The position numbers and the translations under genes were made by a program. The notes beneath the pieces are model-generated. The model ran no database searches and was not told where the DNA came from. It saw only the letters and a program-made list of their open reading frames with translations. DNA of 63,304 nt, filler included, from Octopus bimaculoides (taxonomy: Eukaryota), in assembly GCF_001194135.2 (NCBI RefSeq). It is 5 parts of 5 records of this genome, joined end to end, with 100 filler letters (N's around TTAATTAATTAA, not from the genome) between each part and the next. Parts side by side here need not be neighbours in the genome. Positions count along the whole stretch, not along the records: positions 44,524 to 59,280 come from NC_068981.1; 4 more parts are not named here. One strand, 5' to 3'. Positions 46,356 to 59,380 of this stretch are shown piece by piece. Numbering within the stretch: the stretch's first letter is position 1; each line of letters starts with the position of its first letter.

Positions 46356-46519
46356 CCATTTGCTATCTCGTGAACAATATTTCGACATCTTGCGTGTCTT
46401 CCACTGGTTCAAAAAATAAATTTGTCAATCTACTTCATTTTCGTTTATATAGAAAGGATTGAGGTAACCAGTGGAAGACACGCAAGATGTCGAAATATTG
46501 TTCACGAGATAGCAAATGG
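46356..46519. repeat. Perfect 54-bp inverted repeat with 56-bp spacer (foldback/MITE-like)
   Basis: 46356-46409 is the exact reverse complement of 46466-46519. The left arm runs into the N gap. Confidence 0.95.
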
Positions 46520-46561
46520 CACTCTTCTTTAAATTTTAATAATAATAATAATAATAATAAT

Positions 46562-47005
46562 AATCCTTTCTATTATAGGCACAAGGCTTGATTTTGGAAG
46601 GAAGTGGTAAGATGATTACATCGACCCCCAACGTTCAGCTGGTATTTATTTTCTCGATCGCGAAAGGAGGAAATACAAAATCTACCTAGGCGTAATTTGA
46701 ACTCAGAACGTAAAGACGGGCGAAATACCGCTAAGCATTTTGTCCGGCTTGTTAACGATTCTGCCAGATCGTCGCTTCTAATTATAATAATAATCTTTTC
46801 TACTATAGGCACAAGGCCTGAAATTTAGGAAGGGACTAGTCAATTACATCAACCCCAATACTCAACTGGTACTTAATTTATCAACTCTGAAAGGATGAAA
46901 GGCAAAGTCGACCTCGGCGGAATTTGAACTCAGAACGTAAAGATGTACGAAATACCGCTAAGCTCTTCGCCCGGCCTTCTAACGATTCTGCCAGCTCACT
47001 GCCTT
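46562..47005 (-). mobile_element. Two tandem SINE family 2 copies separated and flanked by (AAT)n
   Basis: Each starts (AAT)n-C(C/T)TTTCTA(C/T)TATAGGCACAAGG and ends CTGCCAG(A/C)TC.; copies at about 46562-46780 and 46790-47005. Confidence 0.88.
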
Positions 47006-47006
47006 T

Positions 47007-47070
<64 letters not shown>

Positions 47071-47084
47071 GAAGGAAAGAAGAA

Positions 47085-47307
47085 AGAAGAAAAATGCTTT
47101 CTAATTGATATATCAATACCAGCAGATGACAACGTTTCCCTAAAAGAAATGGAAAAACTTTCAAAATACAAAGACCTGGAAATAGAGGTAACTCGAATGT
47201 GGAATCTAAAAACAGAAACAATTCCTATCATAGTAGGTGCTTTAGGTATAATAAAAAAATATTCAGACAAATACATAACAAAAACACCAAGACTTACAAA
47301 CATATAT
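47085..47307 (+). mobile_element. R4/Dong-type LINE RLE fragment, 5'-truncated, directly after (AAT)n
   Basis: CFLIDISIPADDNVSLKEMEKLSKYKDLEIEVTRMWNLKTETIPIIVGALG, open until the gap. Confidence 0.9.
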
Positions 47308-48013
47308 NNNNNNNNNNNNNNNNNNNNNNNNNNNNNNNNNNNNNNNNNNNNNNNNNNNNNNNNNNNNNNNNNNNNNNNNNNNNNNNNNNNNNNNNNNNNN
47401 NNNNNNNNNNNNNNNNNNNNNNNNNNNNNNNNNNNNNNNNNNNNNNNNNNNNNNNNNNNNNNNNNNNNNNNNNNNNNNNNNNNNNNNNNNNNNNNNNNNN
47501 NNNNNNNNNNNNNNNNNNNNNNNNNNNNNNNNNNNNNNNNNNNNNNNNNNNNNNNNNNNNNNNNNNNNNNNNNNNNNNNNNNNNNNNNNNNNNNNNNNNN
47601 NNNNNNNNNNNNNNNNNNNNNNNNNNNNNNNNNNNNNNNNNNNNNNNNNNNNNNNNNNNNNNNNNNNNNNNNNNNNNNNNNNNNNNNNNNNNNNNNNNNN
47701 NNNNNNNNNNNNNNNNNNNNNNNNNNNNNNNNNNNNNNNNNNNNNNNNNNNNNNNNNNNNNNNNNNNNNNNNNNNNNNNNNNNNNNNNNNNNNNNNNNNN
47801 NNNNNNNNNNNNNNNNNNNNNNNNNNNNNNNNNNNNNNNNNNNNNNNNNNNNNNNNNNNNNNNNNNNNNNNNNNNNNNNNNNNNNNNNNNNNNNNNNNNN
47901 NNNNNNNNNNNNNNNNNNNNNNNNNNNNNNNNNNNNNNNNNNNNNNNNNNNNNNNNNNNNNNNNNNNNNNNNNNNNNNNNNNNNNNNNNNNNNNNNNNNN
48001 NNNNNNNNNNNNN

Positions 48014-48110
48014 AGGAGGAGGAGGAGGAGGAGGAGGAGAAGGAGAAGGAGAAGGAGGAGGAGGAGAAGAAGAAGAAGAAGAAGAAGAAGAAGAAGAAGA
48101 AGAAGAAGAA
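48014..48110. repeat. (GAG)n/(GAA)n microsatellite
   Basis: Visible runs. Confidence 0.95.
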
Positions 48111-48329
48111 GAGTCTTGTAATCCTGGTTTTCTCTTACGTTTGTACTGACGTGTGCTTAGGTGTATACGCCTTGGTTTCTATGTTGCTTTATTCGCAACG
48201 TGTATCGATTCATTACTTCCAAATCACTCAATCACCTTATTTTTGTCAGTTTACTCCACTTTCTCCTCAGGCCTTTCCCTAACCATTTCCTCTGTCAACC
48301 GCCTACTGCTTTGTGTGTGTATCTGTGTA

Positions 48330-48331
<2 letters not shown>

Positions 48332-48412
<81 letters not shown>
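48332..48412. repeat. (TG)n microsatellite
   Basis: Visible run. Confidence 0.95.
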
Positions 48413-48416
<4 letters not shown>

Positions 48417-48722
48417 GTATCTTTGTTCACCTGTATGTGTGCCTTTTTAGTGCACGTATCTGTGTGTGTGTGTGTGTGTTTATTTATACCCATGCACATA
48501 TATGTGTGTGTGAGTGTGTGCATGTGTGTCTTTTTAGTGAATGTATCTGTGTGGGCGTGAGTGTGTATGTTTATACCTATGCATATATACGCGCGTGTGT
48601 GTGTGTGTGTAAACTGAAGCACGTTTATATGTATTTATGCATGTATATGTATCAGTGTTGTATGTCATACTAATAATTACCACTTGTTTCTTAAGCTCTT
48701 TAATTCTCCTTTCCTTGGTTGC

Positions 48723-48753
<31 letters not shown>

Positions 48754-51009
48754 TATGTGTATGTATGTATGTATGTATGTATAAACACCTTCATGCGTCG
48801 TTGTATCTGGGTACGTGTACATACACCTTCTTTCAACATTCTACCTCCCTCTTTCCCGCTTCCATTTTATTTTCCTTCATTTAATTCTGTCATTTCTTTC
48901 TAAATTTTGCTTTGTAAGTGAGAAAACGTTGATCAATTATTTTATAAATGGTCATCTCCTTTTCCACCTAATTTTTTCTTACATTCCACCTTCAATCACA
49001 GTCTTCCAACACTTTTCTCATTTCTTCAAATAACACTGGGAACGTTAGAGCTCACCTTTCCTCATTACCATGAATTTATCACATTTTCCGATGAGCCAGT
49101 AAGGAAGTTTCTACGCAGTTGTTTGGCTGCTTCAAATAGCCAAAACAAGTCTCTCAGACTACATATTTTCTACCCAAAGAAGACTGCACTGTAACTTAAC
49201 TAAAAAATGCATTACCAAAAACAAACAGGATAATCACGTCTTGCACGCTTTTGGTCATCAGTTCGCTTGATCAGGTTTGGTCTGCCACTAAGCAAAAACA
49301 ACAGTTTTTACGAAGATTGAATATATGTTCTTATTTTACGAGGAGTGAATATATGTTGTTACTACTGGGTAGCGCCATATCCTGACTGAGACATAGGTGT
49401 GTTCAATCAGGGCCTGCAAATAAAGCTATTAATAAACAAATAATGGCTAAAAGATATCGGATAAATATACCTCTTAGGTAGGAAAAGAAAGACATTTGCC
49501 TCTCCTTTGCGAATTGAACCACGTGCTTACAGGAGGCGGAACAGCAGGTACAAGCCACTACTTTCAGAATGACCATTAACTACTTTCTGAAATGTTCTCT
49601 TTACGAACAAAAGGGAATACATTTGTTTGAGTTTCTTTCTTTTTTTGAACATTGACAAAGTTGACAAGTCTTTTTTTAAAGAAGTTCAAATACAAATAAA
49701 GCTATCAATAAATAGAAAACAACTTGAAAATTTTATTGAACTTCTTTAAAAGAATACTTCTTTTCAAGATTCTCAATGTTTCGATTAAAAACCAAAATAA
49801 ATATATTTACTTCTCGCTTGTACAAATAAAATCTAATAAACTAACGAAGGTACTCGGCATCTGGTTAACTTATTTGTTCATTACAGCTGCGCTGTCTTTT
49901 TATAGCAGACATGTAGTTCAATTCCCCATAGGTGATTCTGTCTACCCATGTTCGAGCCATTATATACTTACTATTCGCTTCATTTGTATTCGAGCTTTAC
50001 CTTTTAAAAAGAAAAATATTTACTTTGCAATTTATTTTCTTTTTGTCCTACGTGCTGAACTACTTTCAATAAGCAGGTAGATGAGTCCTTTTTTTTTTTT
50101 TGTGTGTCATTTGGACAGAAATACGAAGTGTGAACAATTTGCTGCTCTTCTTGCAGCAAAACGGCTTATGCTAAAGAAACTTTTGTTTCACACATACAAA
50201 AAAAAACACTAATTAAGTCAATGTTGCACTCAGATTTGTGTCATCTTTCATTCACATTCTTATTTCATCGATGTAGATTTCCAAACAGATCGAAGAAATG
50301 ATTCGGATCAACAGGCAAAAATGTGACAAATGTAATAGTCTTAAATCTGGAGTCGCTCTTGGACGATCTTGAAGGATCTATGAGGCAAACAAACAATCGA
50401 AAATTTAAATGATACAAGACTGGTTGAGTTTCTGAGAAACCTAAATTGCATTCCGACTCCTATAAAAATAGAAAGATAAGACTTATTGCTATTAAGTGCG
50501 ATGCTGAACCAGAAGAGAAAGTCTGCTGAGCCTCTATCTGAATCCAAACGGCATCTCTTCTTTATAGCCAATGATTTACTGTTTTGCAAGAATGTCAAAA
50601 CAGACAAAAGGTGCAAATACCTCTAACATTGTTTTACATTCTGTAACAATATCGAAGCATATTAGAAGAGAAACTCGACTTCGCATACGTAAGAATAAAT
50701 ACAAAGACAACTTCTCATGATCAATGCAAAAGGAAATGACGTATTTAAGATAATACATGTATCAAATTTCGGTGAAAATATGGAGGCCATGTCAACCTTT
50801 AAACACAATAAAAATGTACAAGTTACATTATATTTTTCCAAGCGTATGTATTGCACACTGAATATGCAATGTTGCTACTTATAGTAGCATCTGCTGAAAT
50901 TAAAGCTCAGCATAGCCTTCTTGAGATACACGATAACACAGAAGGGCCTGAATGAGCAGGTCATTGAAAAAAACTTCCTAGGAGAATTGACTTCAGTGAA
51001 ATAAATGCT

Positions 51010-51235
51010 TCAAATTTTAGCACAAAGCCGGAAATTTTGAGGGGACGGATATTTCGATAACATCAACCCCAATCGCTCATTTGTTACTTATTTGATCGCC
51101 TCCCCCACCCCCACCCCCGAAAGGAGGCAAAGTCGACCTCGGCAGCATTAGAATTCAGAACGTAAGGAGCCGCTAAGAAATACTGCTAAGCATTTTTTTT
51201 GGTGCGGTAACGATTCTGCAAGCTCACCGCCTTAC
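51010..51235 (-). mobile_element. SINE family 2
   Basis: GGCAAAGTCGACCTCGGCAGCATTAGAATTCAGAACG..CTGCAAGCTCACCGCCTT. Confidence 0.8.
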
Positions 51236-51644
51236 TTCGGTGAAATGATAAGAACAGTTGCTTTAGAAAAGTAACAAAGTATATTTCGTTTACTTGTGAG
51301 TGTTCTCGACTGTACATTAATAAAGTCGTTAAAGTAATTTCAAATAATGTATTTAAAGTTGAAAAATTGCAAAAAATACGATAAAGCTTCGAGGGGGATT
51401 TCACTCCTTTGATCCTCATCAGGAGCTCTATTCATGAATCCTGTTCATCAAGGGTCCACTACCACTCTCGTCGGTCCTACACTTAATTAATTGGTCATGA
51501 AAGTTAATATAATGTTATGGAAATTTGCCTCTGCATACTGCAAAACTATATTGCGTACCTCATGGTTTGTTTTAGAGGTTGCTGTGTCTTAATTTTTGTT
51601 CCAATCCATTGTGTTCCTGTGCACTTAAAGTTTCTAAATGATGA

Positions 51645-51845
51645 TCGGAGTTGGACGAGTCAAACTCAGTCAAAGCGCAATATCTTTAGTCTATTTACGT
51701 TCGGAATTTAAATTCCGCCGAGGTCGACTTTGCCTTTCATCCAATCGGGGGCGATATATTAATTACCAGTTGCGTACTGGGGTCGATCTAATCGACTGGC
51801 CCCCTCCCCCCAAAATTTCGGGCCTTGCGCCTAGAGTAGAAAAGA
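51645..51845 (+). mobile_element. SINE family 2
   Basis: AAATTCCGCCGAGGTCGACTTTGCCTTTCATCC..GCCTTGCGCCTAGAGTAGAAAAG. Confidence 0.82.
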
Positions 51846-52949
51846 AAAGAATATCTTTGGTTTATCTTCATTTTATCCGATGTAGTGTGCATCTTAGCAC
51901 AGTAATCAAGGACGAGGATGGATAGTGAGTTTATCAATGTACTAACTAATAACCTGAAGTGGCTTCTTGTTGCCTACTCAACACTGAAAAGAGAAGTGAA
52001 TGCACTGTTTTCAAACTAATGAATCTATTTACTAATTATAATTTTACTTCTGCTTGTCATGATGCGCTGTCGCCATTTCATGATAAGTGCTTTGAAGATA
52101 GGTGGTTTTAGCGGTGACATGATACAAATTGACGACTTCTTTGGTCCGGTGTCCGATATTTTATAAACACGGTCAACTGCGTACTTCTGCCAACTGTCTT
52201 GAACACGATTAAACATTTTAATTAATAAACTGACATATTCAATTTTGTATGGAAGATTTCTGTCAACCAAATACTATTTATGCCAACTATACCGTGACTT
52301 CGTACCTGATATCAATTTAAAAAAGAGCATTTACTGCTAGAAAAAGCAGCCAAATATCCCAATTTTACCTGCTATCTTAAGAAATTCGGATAGTCATGCT
52401 GAAATGCTTTTGAACAGGTCCGCTCGATCAACAAATCAATTCTAAATGAGACCAACTCTGTTGGATATAGCTACTCTTCTGGTTGTTATTCTTATTTAGT
52501 CCCAGTTCAATCCTAATTAAGTAGACCCATGATCAAAGGTTTTCCAGCCCTCTGTATATTCCTTTTTGTACAGCTAGGGTTGAAATTCGCCATGCTTCCC
52601 TCTTGTTTTAAGATGATAGGTGTGATTTGAGGGAATACGGTTACTATTTCTAGCAGATCAAGTGAACGCCTAAAGGTGCCCTCGTTCCCATCTAATAATA
52701 CCTATTACTAGATTTCAACCCAACACTGTCACCTATCAAAGCATTCATCACTTGTATAATGTTGACGTTGCTTAACTGTCTTCACCACGAACCCAGTTCA
52801 ATGCAAATGTCAGTCAGTTATCAGGTAGGCAGCTCAGTCTTGCGTTATCCTCAATACAGAAATTTCCGCGAAATACAATCTAAATGAAGGAACAGTCGTT
52901 GTAAAGCAATGGTACGATATACCTGTTTACTGACTCTTTGTAGTTGGGT

Positions 52950-55900
52950 CGTTATTCTTATAATATAGTCCTGTTATAATTTTGTCTGGGTGGTGAATGC
53001 ATTACGCCACTCTGTTTATCACCACTACCTGTCCCATACATGCCTTTAGCGAAATTTATTCTACTGCAAGAATTCGGACAGGAGGTTGGGTGGGGGTTCT
53101 GCCTTTCGATGCACCATCATCTTGTAGCCTCCCCAAAATACCAAAAACAAGAACTAAATCAGCCGGGCATTTCTATAATCTAACACACGTGGGTTTTGCA
53201 CCAATCTAGAACCTATACATTACTTCTTGTTAGCACAAAAACTCTATATCCTATTCTTCTCCGAGGCACAAATTTCTAAAACCCTACCTATAGATCATCT
53301 TTGCTATCTTGGCTAAATTCCTTACTCAAATTTCATTCCAGAAAGTAGAATCTGCGCGTTTTTAAATTCCACTCCTCCTTATCACCTAGAAAATATTAGG
53401 TCATTAAGAATGAAACTTTCGATTTTGAACTGAAAGTTTATTTTACTTTATCTCAACAAAAAGCAATTCAATTAATCAAAGTATGCACCTAAATTATCAA
53501 CACAATTTTACCATTTTATTGGTAGTTTCTTTATGCCGGCAGCGAAGAATTCTTAAGAGCATGAGGTGATGAAATCACGAAAGGCTGTTTTTGCATCTTC
53601 TTCAGATTTGTCATATGCCTGGAAAACATGATAGTCAATTGGTGCAAGGTCTGGTGAATATGATGAACAGCAGAGTACTTCCAAGTTCAGTTCCTGTAAC
53701 TTGAGTACCGTTCTTTGAGCAATATGTAGTCAAGCATTGTTTTGCAAGAGAATTGGCCTGTCTCTATTGACCAATCTTGGTTGTTTAATTGCAAGTTCAC
53801 TCATCACTTCATCCAGTTGGTTGATGTATACATATGCTATAATTGAATTACCAGGTCTCATGAAGGTGTAGTGGATAACACCAGCAGACACCATTAGCTT
53901 TTTTTAGTGAAAATCCTTTTTTGAGTTATGTTTTAGCACTTCGTCTCTATCCAACCACCGTGCAGAACGCTTGCTATTGTTGAAAAGAATTCATTTTTCA
54001 TCACACGTAACAATACGATGCAAAAATGGTTCGCTTTTATGCCGTGACAGCTAAGAACAGCAAGTTTCAAGACGACGTGTCATTTGATGTTCGTTCAGCT
54101 CATGTGGTACTCACTTGTCTAACTTCTTGATCTTGCCGATTTCTTTCAGATAGTCCAATACAGTTGGAACCGAAACATCAAACCTTGCTGCTAACTCACA
54201 CGTAGTTTAAGATGTATCTGCTTCCACTACAGTTTCCAGCTTATCATTATCCACCTTGGTCTCTGGTCTACCACAGGGCTGATTTTCACGAGTAAAGTCA
54301 CCAGACCGGAACTTCTTAGACCATCGACGTACAGTGCGCTCAGTCGCCACATCTTCACCAAACACCTCATTGATGTTTCGAGCTGTCTTGGATGCATTGG
54401 TTCCACGACGGAACTAATATTCATAAACAACACGAATTTTTTATCTATCCATGGGTTCACAAAAATTGATTCACAGTATAATCAGATACCATGAATTGCA
54501 TTTCGAAAAGTGGTGATGTAACTCTTCAATGTTGTAAAACAAAGAATTGTCTGGATAAAACATTAGAGTTAACGACTGTCAAACTTGGTGCATAAGAAAA
54601 TCGAACATTTCATTCTTAATGACCTGATAGTAACAAAAACGTCCAGTTATTCTGGTCAAAATTCTCCCCCCCCCCCTCACTTCCCTCTGCCAACCTCTGA
54701 ACTCCTCCAACTATCAACAATTCTGCAAATATATCTGCGCACTGACATGTATTACACTCACCCCTCTCTCAATTTCCTAAGTTATCCTCGGTGATTCAAT
54801 GCTCACAACTCTCACGACTCTCAAAATCATCTTGTGTTGGTGTCGTAGGTGCAGAAACCGAATCTTTTGTGATCCTCAACTCTCTACATCAGCTTATTTT
54901 ATTCTCTACACGCATTCTTGACCAACTTACAGACTCCGAACACTCTTTTTCACCTCTAAATCCAAACTCTACCAGACTATAACTCTCTCTGCATATATCG
55001 AGTTGTCTGATCACTGCTTTATTGCAACTACCCAACACTCATTCATGTACAACACAACTCCTCCTTTTGGCACTTCACTTTAACTGACTCTGAAATTCCA
55101 CCAGTTTCATGCTAATTAACTCTGGCAGCATACGTGCTTCACTCCCGACCTATCAGAAGCAGTTACGCCTATAACTGAAACTATCCACTTATACATGCCA
55201 TCCTGTATTCTACACAACCAAAATTCAGTGCCTCGAGTCCTTCAAATGGTCCGTTTATAACTGCATTGTCACAGTTCAAGTAGAAACAAGTAGAAATTCA
55301 CCCACCCACAAAATCTGAGCAGCGTTTATCCAGCATCACAACTCTTGCACAATGACTAGTCTAACTATGAAGGATACTTCTTTGCGTTACGGAGCCCTCA
55401 AGCTTTTTTGAGATGTCTCAAACTGTAGCCGATTTTTCTGGCCCTTTTCCAAACGGATTCCTACCAATTTTACACAATCTAGTTTTCTCCACTTTTCAGT
55501 CATGATGATTCCTCAGAGAAAACTTCAAGCTTCGCTGCCCGTTATACGTCCAACTCTGCACTGCAAAAACTTAGTAAATATCCTTTAAATCTTTCACTTT
55601 CCATTTCACCAAATTCTCCATCTTGCACACATACACTTTAAGTGCGGATGTACCTCTGGTTGCATCAAATAACGAAACCCCCAACCCTAATAATGTACCT
55701 TCCATTACCCTCATGTAATACGTCCCATAGCTAGCCCCTATACTTACTAAGCTCTTCAATCTCTCTTTCTCTACCTGGATATATTTCTATGTTTGGAAAC
55801 TCACAATGTGTTCCATTTCCAGGAAAAGCAACCACTCTAACCCTACCAACTATCGTCCAATCGCACTTACATTCAATATCTGTAAGCTGATGGAGATAAC

Positions 55901-57100
55901 TATTAGCAACAATTTCACCATTCCCTTGAATTTTTCTCATTCCTTTAATGATGACCAGTACAGGTTCTGTAAAGCTAGCTCCACTGGAGACCTATTCTTC
56001 TATATTACTTACTAGTGGTATCTGTTGCCCTGCAGAAAGTTGGACAAAGTAATATTGTCTGTCCTCGGTTGTGATTAGCATGGGAATCTTCAGTCAAGGC
56101 TGCCTGCATGTAGGCTCCACCCATCTCTCAGCTTTTGGATTAGTACCTTCCTATTAGATTGCACTATAGCAACATGTGTTAATAGTTCCTCTGTTCCACA
56201 TTCTGCCTATTCTTGTGTATCCCACATTTCGGTTTCTCCCACATTCTTCCTCCTATACATCAATGGCCTACTTTTTGATGCATCAAAGAAACACTCAGTC
56301 GGGATATCACTCATCGTTTTTCTTCTCTAATATTCTTCAAACAAGAGTCAGCCACATTGCAACCAATAACCTGCACGCCAAACCTTCACTGATTCCATGA
56401 ATTTATACTATGAAAACACTCTTAAATGAGGACATGACAATTTTTCAACAGCAAAAAAAAAAAACTTTTATCATTGTTTATATCAAGAAATTATCACCGC
56501 ACCTCGCCACCCTAACACAAGATCAATCTACGACTAAAGCCTTTGTGAGCGCTCTAAATACTAGAGATCATCAACATTGAGGATCTAACATGGTGAATAC
56601 ACGTCATTAACCTAACTTAGAAACAAGCTTTTCTCTTCAGAGACCATGAATGCCACATCCTCCAATAATTACTAGCCCTCAACGAAGTTCAGTTGAGAAT
56701 CATACTAGAATACTACTCCAAAAACTGTAACAGTGCTACCGCTGCACACGCATCCTAAGCTACATTCATAGAAAATCCACTCGAATAATTGGTTTAAAGT
56801 CACTCACACACTCTGGCCTCTGGCCCATATGCTGTTACCTCTTTTTGTTCTTTCTACCTCTACTATAATGAACACTGCTTTTCGGGGCTGGCTCATTCCA
56901 TGATATCCCATTCGGGTACTCCCGACTTACACGTCTCTTTTCTTATCACTCGTGTTCACCAAGTGCACACTAACCACTCTTCCAATCCTCCCTTACAAGA
57001 ACGATAGTCCTTTGGAAATCCCTGCCTGCTCATCTCCTTTATGCAGCTGTCGGCTCGCAGCAGTATAAGTGGAACCCTAATGGCAACGATTTAACCGGTT
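52950..57100 (+). mobile_element. CR1/L2-group LINE (APE and RT), decayed, interrupted by a mariner
   Basis: The APE start (HFYNLT..RGFCTNLEPIHYFLL..FFSEAQIS) precedes the mariner. LGDSMLT, SDHCFI, NPTNYRPIAL, DQYRFCKASSTGDL and RTIVLWKSLP follow it. The 5' boundary is approximate. Confidence 0.75.
53396..54627 (-). mobile_element. Full-length mariner (DD34D) with ~31-bp TIRs and TA TSD; transposase decayed
   Basis: TA|TTAGGTCATTAAGAATGAAACTTTCGATTTT at the left and AAAATCGAACATTTCATTCTTAATGACCTGA|TA at the right. Minus-strand motifs RRWSKKFRSGDF, VPHEL, IVTCDEK and YSPDLAPIDY. Confidence 0.93.
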
Positions 57101-57137
57101 TTGAGGTTTCTCAAGACATAGAACATAAAACAAAAGC

Positions 57138-57195
<58 letters not shown>

Positions 57196-58114
57196 ATATG
57201 CATGTCTATTGCATAACATCACAGAAATACAGTTTAAGTACTGTATCCCAAATTAGAAATAGTGCTTACTTTAGCATTTTATAACAATTTAAACAAAGAC
57301 ATACAATTTATGTTGAAAGCACGTAAATACTTTTCTCCATTCAAACAAAGACAATCATTAATCAAGGAGATTATTTTAGCAGTGACTCTATTATTTATTA
57401 CCATTGCGGTTCAATGTTAACCTGATATCGTTTACACATCTATTCAATATTTCTAGTTTACTGCCTACTTCACAATGTCTTTTTACCTCTTTACAGTAAA
57501 TACTAGAACTGTCTCCATAAATTTAAATCGATCACAATTTCCTAACAGGTCGCTTCTTAAATGTATGTCAATGAGGCCACTCATTGCCTCTCCAATCTTA
57601 TAAACTTTTATTGTATTTGAGTTCCAGCTTGCCTCGCTCTCTATATTGCCGACCTCTCTTGTACATTTTATTATCATTCTCTACTATCTAACATGAGATA
57701 GTTGCCGCCATAATATGAATCTATGTTATTGGACATAACTCATGTTAGTTTCATCATCCATATTCATCCATGCAGGCTCAGGGAATCTTGGAGGAGGGTA
57801 TTAATTTGGGAGTTTTCTCTCTCCTAGATTGATAACTTTCACCGCTGCTAAGGAGCTCAATCTATCCTCACAAAAATCTTTTTAACCTATAGATGGAACA
57901 GGCTCCAGTCAGAATAGTAATGAACCCTTTATCGTTTAAACCGGTCATATCCGGCTAAATGTTCTACCTGTTTCATTTCAAATCAGCCATATTTGACCTC
58001 TCACACCTACCCTACAATATCATTTTTAAAATAATCACATCATCGAAATGTCAAAGCTATGAGCGCATGATCAATTCAAAACAATGGGAATAAATAAGCA
58101 TTACATTTGACAAA

Positions 58115-58200
58115 AGTGAAGGCGCCTGGTTTAGTGGTTAGAGTATTCGGCTCACGATCGTAAGGTCATGAGTTCAATTCCCGGTGACGCGCTGTGTCCC
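58115..58200 (+). mobile_element. SINE family 3 head
   Basis: GTGAAGGCGCCTGGTTTAGTGGTTAGAGTATTCGGCTCACGATCGTAAGGTCATGAGTTCAATTCCCGG. Confidence 0.8.
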
Positions 58201-58738
58201 ACATCTAATCCCGGGTGACATTTTTGTTGGGGTAACAGTAGACATAAGAGGAAAATGATACTCCCAACCAGAATAGTTTGACTTGGGTCAATAAAATTTT
58301 GTAAAAAACCCCTCCTTCACCTCATTCTCCTCCTCATCATCATCTTCAAAATAACCACCACTACCATCATGATCATCACCGCCACCATCACTATATTATG
58401 ATGTCCGCGTTTTTTATTTGTTCATTGGTAGAGTAAGTAAAGTGAATTCAATTGAGAATCGAAATCGGTTCGCGGACTCACGCTTGCTAGATTTAATCTT
58501 CCTCTTCAATACTCGCACCAACTCTATTAGGCCAACATTGCGTTTTTATATAGACACAAGACATTTTGTTCTCATGGCCACCTCGCCAACACTGCATCAC
58601 ATAACAGAGTTGTATTAGAAAGGCTGGGTTTTTAACTTAATGACAAAATCTAAGCTTATCTCAAGGGTAAAATCCCACACAAATAAAGATCCCATACTGG
58701 AAATCTCTCCTAATTTTAGGTTGGTGCACTCAAACACG

Positions 58739-58769
58739 CTCTCTTTCTCTCTCTCTCTTTCTCTCTCTC

Positions 58770-58809
<40 letters not shown>

Positions 58810-58862
58810 CCTCTCTCTCTCTCTCTTTCTATCTAGCTATCTAGCTATCCCTCTCCCTCTCA
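58739..58862. repeat. (CT)n microsatellite
   Basis: Visible run. Confidence 0.9.
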
Positions 58863-59280
58863 CTTTCACACGTGCTAATTTATTATAAAATACCTCCAAA
58901 CAAAATTTCATCCACTTGATACGCGAACGTATACTCACCTCAATATCCTACTTGCTCGTCTTTTCTCGCTCTATCTCCTCCTGTCACTTTACATCTACAA
59001 CAGCTACTACTTGTCTAAACTTGATCTATTGCTGTTCCTTTCTCTTTCTACTCCTGAACCCTGGACTAATAACTTCGTCCACTCCTTCCCCCCACCCCCC
59101 GCAGAACTTCATCTTTGCAATATTTAAACTCATTTTCCGTTATACGAGACTTTACTTCTGTCAGAAATTCAATATCAACATATTTCCAACTTTATTTAGT
59201 AGGAAGTTAGCCTTTCAATCTCGACGCCACCAGCTAGAAATAGCAGCATTGACAGACTTGCTGTTGTTATTGGTGGTGGT

Positions 59281-59380
59281 NNNNNNNNNNNNNNNNNNNN
59301 NNNNNNNNNNNNNNNNNNNNNNNNTTAATTAATTAANNNNNNNNNNNNNNNNNNNNNNNNNNNNNNNNNNNNNNNNNNNN
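59281..59380. other. Artificial scaffold linker N44-TTAATTAATTAA-N44
   Basis: Same structure. Confidence 0.97.

Noticed and set aside
50341-50620. Coding-looking stretch on the + strand
   Set aside because: It has several stops and frame changes and no recognisable family.
44524-59280. Upstream LRR or P-loop-start exons of the ROCO gene in piece 3
   Set aside because: No LxxLxLxxN repeats or KLMxVG-type exon end were recognised, and this is a separate scaffold.
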